64,000 nt of DNA from Acidimicrobiales bacterium (GTDB taxonomy: Bacteria; Actinomycetota; Acidimicrobiia; Acidimicrobiales; Acidimicrobilacustridaceae). The position numbers and the translations under genes are program-made. The first letter of the stretch is position 1; each line of letters starts with the position of its first letter. The stretch spans positions 13,913 through 77,912 of the forward strand of contig JALOLR010000006.1 of the NCBI GenBank assembly GCA_025455885.1, given 5' to 3'. Below are positions 39,274 to 48,858 of the stretch, piece after piece. The notes beneath the pieces are model-generated. The model had not been told where the DNA came from. It made no database searches and saw only the letters and a list, made by a program, of their open reading frames with translations.

Positions 39274-39978
39274 GTGCCCAGCGTCGCCCGCCCCGATGCC
39301 TCCGGCGCCGGGGACCCCACCCCACCGGCGGCCCGGTCGGTCGGTCGTCGCGGGCAGCGCACCCGCCAACGCCTGTTGGAGAGCACGGCCGAACTCCTCG
39401 ACACCGCGACCTACCGGGAGGTCCGGGTCGTCGACATCGCCCGCGCCGCCGAGATGTCGCCGGCCGCCTTCTACCAGTACTTCGGCGACGTCGAGGAAGC
39501 GGTGTTGGCCCTGGCCGAGGAGATGGCCTCGACGTGCGGGCCCGAGTTGGCCGACCTCGTCCGTGACCGGCCGTGGCGGGGTCCGTCGGCGTGGGACTCG
39601 GCGTTGGGGGTGGCCGACGGGTTCCTCGGGGTGTGGGACCGCCACCGGGCGGTGCTGCGGGTCGTCGACCTGGCCACCGACGAGGGGGACCGGCGGTTCC
39701 GTGACCTGCGCACGCGGTTCCTCCGCGAGCCCTCCGAGGCGCTGGTGGAGCTCCTCGCGCACGAGGACGGCGACCGACCCGACCCGCGAGCCGAGGCCGG
39801 GGTCGTGATCTCGATGCTCGCCCACGTGGCCGCCCACCACGAAGGCCTGGAGCAGTGGGGTGCCCCGCGGGACGACCTGCGACGTTCCATGGCCCGTGTC
39901 CTCTACACCACCGTCACCGGGCGGACGCCGCCCGCGCCGGATCAGGCCGGGCCGTCGTCCGCGTCGGTGTCGTCGTAG
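39274..39978 (+). CDS. TetR-family transcriptional regulator
   Basis: GQRTRQRLLEST...VRVVDIARAAEMSPAAFYQYF. Confidence 0.9.
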   Translation: MPSVARPDASGAGDPTPPAARSVGRRGQRTRQRLLESTAELLDTATYREVRVVDIARAAEMSPAAFYQYFGDVEEAVLALAEEMASTCGPELADLVRDRPWRGPSAWDSALGVADGFLGVWDRHRAVLRVVDLATDEGDRRFRDLRTRFLREPSEALVELLAHEDGDRPDPRAEAGVVISMLAHVAAHHEGLEQWGAPRDDLRRSMARVLYTTVTGRTPPAPDQAGPSSASVSS

Positions 39979-40100
39979 TCCGTCCGGGCGCGGTCGGCGA
40001 TCGAGCCCCGGCGGAACAGCCCCCAGAGGGCCACGGCGGTGACCACCACCACGCCGGCGGCCACCACCGGCCAGTCGACCGTCGTCGCGAGCACGGGCAC
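39942..40100 (-). CDS. Putative small single-TM protein
   Basis: VPVLATTVDWPVVAAGVVVVTAVALWGLFRRGSIADRARTDYDDTDADDGPA; overlaps the 3' end of TetR on the opposite strand. Confidence 0.4.
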   Translation of the reverse strand: MPVLATTVDWPVVAAGVVVVTAVALWGLFRRGSIADRARTDYDDTDADDGPA

Positions 40101-40205
40101 CCGTCCACCCTCGCACGGCGGGGCGCCGCCGGCCAGATCGGGTCCGGGGTCCGGTCGGTGGCCGTCGACGACCGTGCCGCGGGGGCGGCATAACATCGGG
40201 GCTCC

Positions 40206-41459
40206 GTGACCACGACGCTTCCCGACGACGCCGCCCCCCCGGCGCTCTTTGCGGAGGACGAGGAGACCCGGCCGGCGTCGCCGTCGCGTCCGTCGCCCGA
40301 GGCAACGAGCATCTGGAGCCGCCTGCGCTCCACGCCGATGCTGCCCGGCCTGTGTTTCCCCGTCGCGGTGTGGGCCCTCTGGCGTCTGGCGTCACTGGCC
40401 GTCACCCTCTGGCTCGGCGGCAAGGGGGTCGAGTCCGCCTACTCCTACGACGGGGCGCACTACCTGCGCATCCTCCACCACGGGTACTGGGACCCGCGAC
40501 CCTTCATGCCGTCGCACGCCTTCTTCCCGGGTGTGGCATGGCTGGGCACGCCGATCTGGTGGCTCACCGGCTCGGACGCCGTCACCGCCCACGCGGTGGC
40601 GTCGATCACCGCGCTCGGGGCCTTCGTCGCCGTGTGGGGGGTCACCCGGGAGTGGGTGCACGAGGTGGCGGCCCGACGGGCGGTGGTGCTGCTGGCCGTC
40701 TTCCCCTCGTCGCTGTTCCTCTGGATGTTCTACTCCGAGGCCCTGTTCATCGCCCTCGGGGCCGGAGCCGTCTGGGCGGACCGTCGGGGTCGGCGGGGCC
40801 TGGCCGCAGCCCTCCTGCTCGGCGTGGCGACCACACGGTCGGTCGGCATCCTCGTCCCCGCGGTGCTGATCCTCGCCCGCGTGATCCGGACCCGTCGCGT
40901 CGACCGCTGGGCGGTCGTCTACGCCGGGGCGGGTCTGGTGGGCCTCGGCGCCGTGCTCGTGACCATGCAGGTCCAGCTCGGCGATGCGTTCGCCTTCCTC
41001 GGCGTGCAGGACGACTGGGGTCGCACGGTGTCGGCGCCGTGGAACTCGGTGCTCCAGGGCATCGACAACCTGACGCCCGACCGGCGCACGGTGATGGTCC
41101 CGGCGCTGGTGGCCCGCGCCTTCGACCTCTGGGCGGTCGGGATCGTGCTCGTGGGGCTCGTCTACCTGGCGGTGGCCGGTCGGCTCGGTCGAGAGGGGCG
41201 CACCGCTCGTCACCGCTTCCCGATGGAGGCGTGGATGCTCGGGGTGGCCATGATCGCACTGCCGTTCGCGTCGAGCGTCCTGGCCAGCTTCAACCGGTTC
41301 GCGATGGCCGACTGGGTCCTCTACCCCGCCTACGCGGCGATGCTCGGCCGGTTGCCGCGGTGGTTGCGGATCATCGCGTGGGTGGCGATCGTCGTGGCCG
41401 GAACGCTGACCGCCTACGCCTTCATCGGTCGTGTCTCGGTGGGTCGCTTCGTCGGCTGA
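40206..41459 (+). CDS. GT-C membrane glycosyltransferase (mannosyltransferase, PIG-V-like)
   Basis: YDGAHYLRI, AFFPG, FPSSLFL..FYSEALF, TRSVG; multi-TM. Confidence 0.8.
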   Translation: MTTTLPDDAAPPALFAEDEETRPASPSRPSPEATSIWSRLRSTPMLPGLCFPVAVWALWRLASLAVTLWLGGKGVESAYSYDGAHYLRILHHGYWDPRPFMPSHAFFPGVAWLGTPIWWLTGSDAVTAHAVASITALGAFVAVWGVTREWVHEVAARRAVVLLAVFPSSLFLWMFYSEALFIALGAGAVWADRRGRRGLAAALLLGVATTRSVGILVPAVLILARVIRTRRVDRWAVVYAGAGLVGLGAVLVTMQVQLGDAFAFLGVQDDWGRTVSAPWNSVLQGIDNLTPDRRTVMVPALVARAFDLWAVGIVLVGLVYLAVAGRLGREGRTARHRFPMEAWMLGVAMIALPFASSVLASFNRFAMADWVLYPAYAAMLGRLPRWLRIIAWVAIVVAGTLTAYAFIGRVSVGRFVG

Positions 41460-41523
41460 GCGGCGACGCGGTCGAGGTCGCCCGCCGGGGGAACCGGTGC
41501 CGGAGGCTCGGTAGGATCCGCCG

Positions 41524-42555
41524 ATGACGTCGTCGGAGCCGACCGGGCCGGAGGTGGTGGCGGGCCTCGAGGGTGTGGCCCGGGCGGCGTCGGCTCTGCG
41601 GGCCGGCGGCTTGGTCGCGTTCCCCACCGAGACCGTCTACGGGCTGGGAGCGGACGCGGCGGCCCCCGCCGCGGTCGCCCGCATCTACGAGGTGAAGGGT
41701 CGTCCGGTGGACCACCCCCTCATCGTCCACCTCGGCGACGCCGACCTCCTCGACGCCTACGCGGAGCACGTGCCGCCGGCGGCGCGCCTGCTGGCCGACG
41801 CGTTCTGGCCGGGGCCTCTCACCCTCCTGTTGTGGCGGAGCCCGAAGGTGGTCGACGCCGTGACCGGCGGGCGACCCACGGTCGGGTTGCGGGTGCCCGA
41901 CCACCCGGTGGCGCGGCTCCTGCTGGAGGAGTTCGGTGGCGGCGTGGCCGCGCCCTCGGCCAACCGGTTCGGGCGGGTGAGCCCCACGACGGCGGCAGAC
42001 GTGGTCGCCGAGCTCGGGGACGGTGTCGACCTGGTGCTCGACGGCGGCCCGTGCGCGGTCGGCGTGGAGTCGACGATCGTCGATCTCACCGGTGATGAGC
42101 CGCTCGTGCTCCGTCCCGGCGGTGTGAGCGGTGAACGCCTGGGCGACGTGCTCGGGCGTGAGCCGGAGCGGGCGGCGGCGGCGCGCGTCGGGACCGTGGA
42201 GGCCCGCGCTCCGGGGATGCTGCCCGCCCACTATGCGCCTCGCGCCCGGGTCGTGCTCGCCGATGTCGATGCGGTCGTGGCCGTGCTCACCGAGCACCTC
42301 GCCGGGACGGGGCCAGGGGGTCGTCCGCCCATCGTCGGGCTGCTGGCCCCTCGCGCCGTCGACGGCGTCCCCGCCGAGGTCGTCGTGCTCGAGCCCGCCG
42401 GTGCTCCGGAGGAGTACGCCCGGCTCCTCTACGGACGGATGCGCCAGGCCGACCGGCTGGGTGTCCAGGTCCTGGTCTGCGTGCCGCCTCCCGACGTCGG
42501 GATCGGTGTGGCCGTCATCGACCGGCTTCGGCGGGCGAGCGCCGCGCCGGGCTGA
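41524..42555 (+). CDS. Sua5-type L-threonylcarbamoyladenylate synthase
   Basis: VAFPTETVYGLGAD, KGRP..HPLIVH, AAPSANRFG, GVESTIVD, APGM..HYAP. Confidence 0.93.
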   Translation: MTSSEPTGPEVVAGLEGVARAASALRAGGLVAFPTETVYGLGADAAAPAAVARIYEVKGRPVDHPLIVHLGDADLLDAYAEHVPPAARLLADAFWPGPLTLLLWRSPKVVDAVTGGRPTVGLRVPDHPVARLLLEEFGGGVAAPSANRFGRVSPTTAADVVAELGDGVDLVLDGGPCAVGVESTIVDLTGDEPLVLRPGGVSGERLGDVLGREPERAAAARVGTVEARAPGMLPAHYAPRARVVLADVDAVVAVLTEHLAGTGPGGRPPIVGLLAPRAVDGVPAEVVVLEPAGAPEEYARLLYGRMRQADRLGVQVLVCVPPPDVGIGVAVIDRLRRASAAPG

Positions 42556-42567
42556 CGGCGCCAGGGC

Positions 42568-44262
42568 TCAGGCCGACACGTTCACGGTGCGGGTGTGCCA
42601 CCCGGTGGCGCCGTCGGGATCGACGCGGCTGCGCTCACCGGGCTGGGTCTCGCCGGTGCCGTCGGTGGCCCGCACCCTGACGGTGTGCCGTCCGGGCGCG
42701 GCGTCCCAGACGTGGACCCACTGCCGCCAGACGTCGTCGTTCCCGCCCGGGCCGAGCTCGGCCTCGATCCAGGCGCCGTCGTCGATCTGGACCTCGACCC
42801 TGCGGATGCCGCGGGTGGGGGCCCACGCCACGCCGGCCAGGGCCACGGGGCCGGCCGGCGGGTCGCCGCCGGGCCGGGGGACGTCGATGCGCGACTGGGT
42901 CTTCACGGGGGCCTCCTTGGCCCAGCCCCTGGGGATCCAGTACGCGTCGAAGTCGTCCCATCCGGTGAGCTCGATGGTCGTCAGCCACTTGGTGGCCGAG
43001 ACATAGCCATAGAGGCCCGCCACCACGAGGCGCGCCGGGAAACCGTGGCGGACGGGGAGCGGCTCGCCGTTCATGCCCACGGCCACCATCGCCTGGCGGC
43101 CGTCGAGGGCGACCTCGGTCGGGAAGCCCACCGTGAACCCGTCGACCGAGCGCCCGACGAGTTGCGCGGCGCCCTCGGGGACGGCGCCGGGCCGAAGCCC
43201 GGCGCGCTCGAGGATCGTCGTCAGAGGGACCCCTTGCCAGACCGCCGTCCCCACCAGGTCCCCGCCGACCTCGTTGCTGACGCAGGCGATGGTCACGGGG
43301 GCCTCGACCATCGGCAGGGCGAGGAGCTCGTCGAAGGTGAGGCGGTACGGGTCGACGTCGTCGCCCTTGATCTCGAGCGCCCACCCCGACGGGTCGACCT
43401 GGGGCACGACCAGGGCGGTGTCGATGCGGTAGAAGCGGTCGTTGGGGGTGATCAGGGGGGTGAGGCCCTCCACGGAGAGGGAGCCGGCCGCGGGCGCGGC
43501 CGCAGGGCCGACGGTCGTCGGGGCGGCCGAGGGCGGTGGCGTCACGGGGGGCAGCGTCACGGTCGAGCGGGCCAGCTCGGCGCTCGAGGACCCCGCCCAG
43601 GACCGGGTCCCGATCGCCGTGAGCCCTGCGAACGCGGCCGCGGCGCCCGTCCATGCGAAGAAGGCGCGGCGGTCGCCGCTCGCCCTTCCCGGGACCTCGA
43701 CGACGGTTCCGTCGTCGCCGCCGACCGGGGGACCGGCCGCGGGTCGCCGGACCGTCGCGGCCGTCGTCGCCATCGGGAGCGGGCCGCCCGATGTCAGCAC
43801 GCCGAGGAGCAGGCGCAGGGTCGCCCATCCGGCGACCGCCGCCACGGTGGCCGCCGCGAGCGCGCCACCCCCCGACGACCCGGGGTCGGCCATTCCGGCC
43901 AGGGCACCGAGGAGGCCGGCGGCGGCGAACGCGGCGGCGGCGATCCAGGGCCGGCGGACGGACGCGCCACCCACCACGGCGCCGACGGCGAGGACGACGA
44001 CGACGATGCTGGTCAGGAGCACGGCCTTGTCGTTGGTCCCGAAGGCCTCGATGGCGGCTTTGACGATGCCGCCGGAGGCCCGGTCGACGACCTGCGTGCC
44101 CACCGAGGCGACGAGCGACTCGGCGCCGGTCAGGCCGGTGACGATCTCGGCGACTGCGAGCGACACCGCGGCGGCGACCGCTCCGGCGAGGCGGGGCAGC
44201 CACGGCGAGGGTCGTGGGGCGTGGTCCAACGGGATCTCCGGTGACGGTGGTCGGGCCCGCAC
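42568..44262 (-). CDS. Membrane-anchored sulfite-oxidase-family molybdopterin oxidoreductase
   Basis: ITPNDRFYRIDTAL, IACVSNEVGG (Mo-binding Cys), HGFPARLVV.GLYGYVSATKW, GATGWH; start uncertain. Confidence 0.88.
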   Translation of the reverse strand: MRARPPSPEIPLDHAPRPSPWLPRLAGAVAAAVSLAVAEIVTGLTGAESLVASVGTQVVDRASGGIVKAAIEAFGTNDKAVLLTSIVVVVLAVGAVVGGASVRRPWIAAAAFAAAGLLGALAGMADPGSSGGGALAAATVAAVAGWATLRLLLGVLTSGGPLPMATTAATVRRPAAGPPVGGDDGTVVEVPGRASGDRRAFFAWTGAAAAFAGLTAIGTRSWAGSSSAELARSTVTLPPVTPPPSAAPTTVGPAAAPAAGSLSVEGLTPLITPNDRFYRIDTALVVPQVDPSGWALEIKGDDVDPYRLTFDELLALPMVEAPVTIACVSNEVGGDLVGTAVWQGVPLTTILERAGLRPGAVPEGAAQLVGRSVDGFTVGFPTEVALDGRQAMVAVGMNGEPLPVRHGFPARLVVAGLYGYVSATKWLTTIELTGWDDFDAYWIPRGWAKEAPVKTQSRIDVPRPGGDPPAGPVALAGVAWAPTRGIRRVEVQIDDGAWIEAELGPGGNDDVWRQWVHVWDAAPGRHTVRVRATDGTGETQPGERSRVDPDGATGWHTRTVNVSA

Positions 44263-44414
44263 GTGTCGTTGCGGGCCTCGGTGGATGGTACGGAGCGACC
44301 GCGGGGTACGGATCGGCGGGCGGTATTCGTTCGGGACTGTTTCGTTTCGCGGGGCCCGACCACCGCTCCCTACCGACCGGTAGGTAGGCTACGTTTCGAT
44401 CATCCCGACGCAGG

Positions 44415-44459
44415 TCCAGAAGGGCATCTCCCAGAGAGGTATCGCCCAGAAAGGCATCG
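44415..44459 (+). repeat. Three imperfect 15-bp direct repeats just upstream of the desaturase
   Basis: TCCAGAAGGGCATCT / CCCAGAGAGGTATCG / CCCAGAAAGGCATCG. Confidence 0.75.
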
Positions 44460-44460
44460 T

Positions 44461-45627
44461 GTGGAGTCTCCCCCCCTCTCGCTGATCGACGACCCGGCCC
44501 AGGGCGCCACCGTCCTGCCCAAGGTCACCGCACCGTTCGAGCGCACCCCCGAGGAGCACGTCAACTGGCGCTCGTCGATCCCGTTCCTGCTCGTCCACGT
44601 CCTCGCCGTCGCCGGCACCGTCTGGTTCGGGGTCACCCCCGAGGCGCTGGTGCTCTTCGTCGTGGTGGTCTGGGGTCGCATGTTCTTCATCACCGGCGGC
44701 TACCACCGGTACTTCGCCCACCGCACCTACCGCACCAGTCGGGCCTTCCAGCTCGTCCTCGCCGTCGGGGGGGCCACCTCGGCGCAGAAGGGGCCGCTGT
44801 GGTGGGCGGGGCACCACCGCAACCACCACCGTTACAGCGACACCGAGCTCGACATCCACTCGCCGTTGCGGGGCTTCTGGTGGAGCCACGTGGGCTGGAT
44901 ACTGTGCGACCGCTACGACGACATCCCCCACGAGCGGATCCGCGACTTCGCCAAGTACCCCGAGCTGCGCTTCGTCGACAAGTGGAACGGGCTGTTCCCC
45001 TGGCTGCTCGCCATCACCTGCACGCTCGTCGCCGGCTGGTCCGGGCTCTTCTTCTCCTTCATGCTCGGCACGGTGGTGCTCTGGCACTCGACGTTCCTGG
45101 TGAACAGCCTCGCCCACGTGATGGGACGTCGCCGGTTCGTCACCGACGACACCAGCCGCAACAACTGGTTCATCTCGGTGCTCACCCTCGGCGAGGGATG
45201 GCACAACAACCACCACCACTACCAGGCGTCGGCCCGCAACGGCTTCTTCTGGTGGGAGCTCGACGTCACCTGGTACATCCTGAAGGCCCTCAGCTGGGTC
45301 GGCATCGTCCGGGACCTCAAGGTGCCCAGCGGCCAGGTGCTCGCGTCCGACCGGATCGCCAACGGCAACTTCGACGTCGGCATGTTCAAGTACCACTGGG
45401 CCCGCGCCCAGGCGGAGGTGGCCAGGGTGCGGGTGGACGACCGGATCGACGCGGCCGCCACGGCCACCGATGCGGAGCTGACCGGACAGCGCGACGCGCT
45501 CGAGCTCGCGCTCGAGACCGAGAAGGTGGCCGTGGACCGCGACCTGCACGCCGCGGTGGCCGACGCCGAGGCGCTCGCCGGCGTGACCCGACGCAGCCAG
45601 CAGACCTTCCCGGCCGGACGTCGCTAG
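44461..45627 (+). CDS. Delta-9-type acyl-CoA/acyl-lipid fatty acid desaturase
   Basis: His boxes HRYFAH, HRNHH, HNNHH; start uncertain. Confidence 0.92.
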   Translation: MESPPLSLIDDPAQGATVLPKVTAPFERTPEEHVNWRSSIPFLLVHVLAVAGTVWFGVTPEALVLFVVVVWGRMFFITGGYHRYFAHRTYRTSRAFQLVLAVGGATSAQKGPLWWAGHHRNHHRYSDTELDIHSPLRGFWWSHVGWILCDRYDDIPHERIRDFAKYPELRFVDKWNGLFPWLLAITCTLVAGWSGLFFSFMLGTVVLWHSTFLVNSLAHVMGRRRFVTDDTSRNNWFISVLTLGEGWHNNHHHYQASARNGFFWWELDVTWYILKALSWVGIVRDLKVPSGQVLASDRIANGNFDVGMFKYHWARAQAEVARVRVDDRIDAAATATDAELTGQRDALELALETEKVAVDRDLHAAVADAEALAGVTRRSQQTFPAGRR

Positions 45628-45660
45628 CGCGACGACTCGATCGGCCCCGGGCTGGGTACG

Positions 45661-46269
45661 GTGCTCTCCATGTCCGGCGCACCGATGCGATCCGACGTCA
45701 CCGGCGGTGACGCCGCCCGTGTGAGGGCCGATCGCGCCTACGTGGTCCTGGGCAGGCTGTTGCCGATCGCGGTGGGGGCGGTCCGAGTCGTGCGCATCTA
45801 CACCGTGGCGGTGGCGCTCGCCGCGGTCGTCGTCGTCGCCGCCATCGGGCTCGTCGTCCGGCCCTCCTCCCTCGTCGACGCGCTGGCCGGGCTCGTCGTC
45901 GCGGGCGTCGTCGCGGCACCGGTGATGGTGCTCTGGCTCTTCGGCTCCGCGCTGCGCGAGGTGGTCGAGCTCCCGGGGCGCATCGGGTCGGTGCCCGAGT
46001 TGGCCCGGCGGCACGGCACGGATCTCGTCGAGGTCGCCCGGGCGGCGCAGCTCCGGGGCGGCCCCACCCGCGTTCGGCCGGGGGATGCCTGGCGCGCCGG
46101 TCGGCTCATGCTCGCCGCCCGCCGCGACCTGCCGGGCTACGGCGCGGCGCTCACCCTCGTCAGCCCCACCTTCCTCCTCCTGTCGCTGGCCTCGGCACTG
46201 GCCGGCCTCTGGTACCTGGTGCTGGCCCTGCCCCTCGTCGGCGGAGCGCTCGCGCTCACCTCCACCTGA
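45661..46269 (+). CDS. Hypothetical membrane protein
   Basis: About 200 aa with 3-4 hydrophobic segments, co-oriented with flanking genes. Confidence 0.6.
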   Translation: MLSMSGAPMRSDVTGGDAARVRADRAYVVLGRLLPIAVGAVRVVRIYTVAVALAAVVVVAAIGLVVRPSSLVDALAGLVVAGVVAAPVMVLWLFGSALREVVELPGRIGSVPELARRHGTDLVEVARAAQLRGGPTRVRPGDAWRAGRLMLAARRDLPGYGAALTLVSPTFLLLSLASALAGLWYLVLALPLVGGALALTST

Positions 46270-46314
46270 CCGCGTCCCGGCACGGGGCGCGGTCACCTGG
46301 CCTAGGTTCCCCTC

Positions 46315-47112
46315 ATGGACCAACCCTGGAGCGTCGCTCTCGTGACCGGGGCGTCGAGCGGCATCGGTGAAGCGGTCGCCCGCGAGCTCGCCGCACGGCG
46401 GGTGCCCACGCTGGTCGTGACCGCCCGAAGAGCCGATCCTCTCGCCCGTCTCGCCGACGAGCTCGCCGCCGCCCACGGCACGAAGGTGGACGTGGTGGCG
46501 GCGGACCTCGCCGACGCCGCGGGCCGCGCCGCCGTCGCCGAGCGACTCGCCGCCACCGACGTACCGGTCGACCTCCTCGTCAACAACGCCGGGTTCGGCA
46601 CCTCCGGCCCCTTCGCCGAGCTCGATCCCGAGGCCGAGGAGCGCATGGTGGCGGTGAACGTCGTGGCCCTCCAGCAGCTCACCCGGGCCGCGCTCCCGGG
46701 CATGCTCGAGCGGGGGAGGGGCTCGGTGCTCAACATCGCCTCGATCGCCAGCCTCGTCCCCATGCCGACCATGGCCACCTACGCGGCCACGAAGGCCTTC
46801 GTGGCCAGCTTCAGCGAGTCCCTCCACGAGGAGACCCGGGGGACCGGGGTCTCGGTGTCGGCGGCCCTCGTCGGGTTCACCCGCACGGAGTTCGCCGGGC
46901 ACCTCCCGGAGGGCTCCGGAGCCGACGGGCTCCCCGGCTTCGTCTGGATGACGCCCGAGGACGTGGCCCGTGACGCCGTCGACGGCGCCCAGCGGGGTCA
47001 GGCGCTGGTGGTCCCCGGTGTCGGCTACCGGGTGGCGACCGCAGCGATCGCGCCGGTCCCCCGGACGGTTCGTCGCCGGGCCGTCGGGATGCTCCGGTCG
47101 ATCATCGGCTGA
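46315..47112 (+). CDS. Short-chain dehydrogenase/reductase
   Basis: TGASSGIG, NNAGFG, YAATK. Confidence 0.93.
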   Translation: MDQPWSVALVTGASSGIGEAVARELAARRVPTLVVTARRADPLARLADELAAAHGTKVDVVAADLADAAGRAAVAERLAATDVPVDLLVNNAGFGTSGPFAELDPEAEERMVAVNVVALQQLTRAALPGMLERGRGSVLNIASIASLVPMPTMATYAATKAFVASFSESLHEETRGTGVSVSAALVGFTRTEFAGHLPEGSGADGLPGFVWMTPEDVARDAVDGAQRGQALVVPGVGYRVATAAIAPVPRTVRRRAVGMLRSIIG

Positions 47113-47131
47113 GGGTCCCGGGTCCGCCTCG

Positions 47132-48121
47132 TCAGAGCAGCGCGCCGTGGAACCGCAGCTTGTCGAGCTGGTGCACCGCGTTGACGAGGCGGACCGTCCC
47201 GGACTTCGACCGCATCACGAGGGACTGGGTGGTCGCGCCCCGGGCGTCGACGTGGACGCCCTTCAACAGCTCCCCGTCGGTGATCCCCGTGGCCGCGAAG
47301 AAGCAGTTGTCGCCGGCCACGAGGTCGTCGGTACCGAGGACCCGGTCGAGGTCGTAGCCGGCGGCGACGGCGGCGGCGCGCTCGGTGTCGTCACGCGGCC
47401 ACAGCCGACCTTGGAGCTCGCCGCCCATGCACTTGAGGGCGGCGGCGGCGATGACGCCCTCGGGCGTGCCGCCGATGCCGAACAGGATGTCGGCGCCCGA
47501 GTCGAGCCATGCGGTGGAGATGGCCCCGGCGACGTCGCCGTCGGGGATGAGCCGGATCCGCGCGCCCGCGTCACGGACCTCGGCGATCAGGTCGTCGTGG
47601 CGATCGCGTTCGAGGATCACGACGGTGACCTCGGAGACGTCGACCCGTTTGGTGCGCGCCACCGCCCGGAGGTTCTCGGAGGGGCTGAGTGAGATGTCGA
47701 CCACCCCGACGAGGCTGGGCCCGACGGCGATCTTCTCCATGTAGACGCACGGTCCGGGGTCGAACATCGTGCCCTGCTCGGAGAGGGCGATGACGGCCAG
47801 CGCGTTGCCGCGGCCCTTGGCCGTCAGCGTCGTTCCGTCGATGGGGTCGACGGCGATGTCGACCGACGGCGGCGATCCGTCGCCGATCCGCTCGCCGTTG
47901 TAGAGCATCGGGGCCTCGTCCTTCTCGCCTTCGCCGATGACGACGACACCGTCCATCGGCACGGTCCCGAGCACCAGGCGCATGGCGTCGACCGCCGCAC
48001 CGTCGGCGCCCTCCTTGTCGCCCCGCCCCATCCAGCGGGCGGCGGCGAGCGCCGCGGCCTCCGTGACCCTCACCAGGTCGAGGGCGACGTTGCGGTCCGG
48101 CGTCTCTCGCTCGTCAGTCAT
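47132..48121 (-). CDS. glpX: Class II fructose-1,6-bisphosphatase
   Basis: [51 protein letters not shown]. Confidence 0.96.
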   Translation of the reverse strand: MTDERETPDRNVALDLVRVTEAAALAAARWMGRGDKEGADGAAVDAMRLVLGTVPMDGVVVIGEGEKDEAPMLYNGERIGDGSPPSVDIAVDPIDGTTLTAKGRGNALAVIALSEQGTMFDPGPCVYMEKIAVGPSLVGVVDISLSPSENLRAVARTKRVDVSEVTVVILERDRHDDLIAEVRDAGARIRLIPDGDVAGAISTAWLDSGADILFGIGGTPEGVIAAAALKCMGGELQGRLWPRDDTERAAAVAAGYDLDRVLGTDDLVAGDNCFFAATGITDGELLKGVHVDARGATTQSLVMRSKSGTVRLVNAVHQLDKLRFHGALL

Positions 48122-48208
48122 TCCTCCAGACTACTTCTGGGCCGGCGGGGCCGATCCGTTCCGGCCCCTGGTCGGCGCCGGCCGTCACGCCGACGCGAGA
48201 CTGCGGCG

Positions 48209-48838
48209 ATGGACGACGACCGCGACGATCCCGCCGACCACGACGATCCCGCCGACGGACGGGGCGACGGGACCGAACGGCGCGACGCCGCCGAGGTCGG
48301 CGAGGACCGAACGGAGTTCGCCCTCGACGAGTGGTCGGTCGAGGACCGCGAGCTGCTCGATCGGCTCGTCGTCGGTGAGGGGATCGCCCACGTGTGGCAG
48401 GGCGCGACGATCGTGGTTCCGGCCGGCGCGCAGTTCGTGGTCGACGAGCTCATCGATGCCGTCGAGTCCGGCGCGGTGGCCGATCCGTCGCTCTTCCCCG
48501 CCGCCGACGAGGGCGAGGACGATCCCGAGTGGGACGGGCTCGACGACGACGTCGACGCCCAGGAGCTCCTCGGGGGCGTGTTCCTCGCCGCCGATCGGCT
48601 CCGACGCCGGGCCTCGGACCCGGAGGGCGTGCTCGCCCTCGTCGACCTCTCGGCGACGATGGCGTCGATGCGCCTGCCCTTCGGCTTCGACCCCGTCGTC
48701 TGGGACGACCTGGTCCGGGCGGCGACGGGGCTCGCCGCGGCGCTCACCGCTGAACCGGGCAGCGACGGTGACGTCGGCGACGAGCGGGTCGAAGAGCTCG
48801 CCGACGAGCTCCGGGCCCGGCTGAGGCCGCTCGTCTGA
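48209..48838 (+). CDS. Highly acidic hypothetical protein
   Basis: 209 aa ORF with normal codon pattern, divergent from glpX, upstream of the J-domain gene. Confidence 0.7.
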   Translation: MDDDRDDPADHDDPADGRGDGTERRDAAEVGEDRTEFALDEWSVEDRELLDRLVVGEGIAHVWQGATIVVPAGAQFVVDELIDAVESGAVADPSLFPAADEGEDDPEWDGLDDDVDAQELLGGVFLAADRLRRRASDPEGVLALVDLSATMASMRLPFGFDPVVWDDLVRAATGLAAALTAEPGSDGDVGDERVEELADELRARLRPLV

Positions 48839-48858
48839 GCGCCGGTAGCCTCGGGCCC

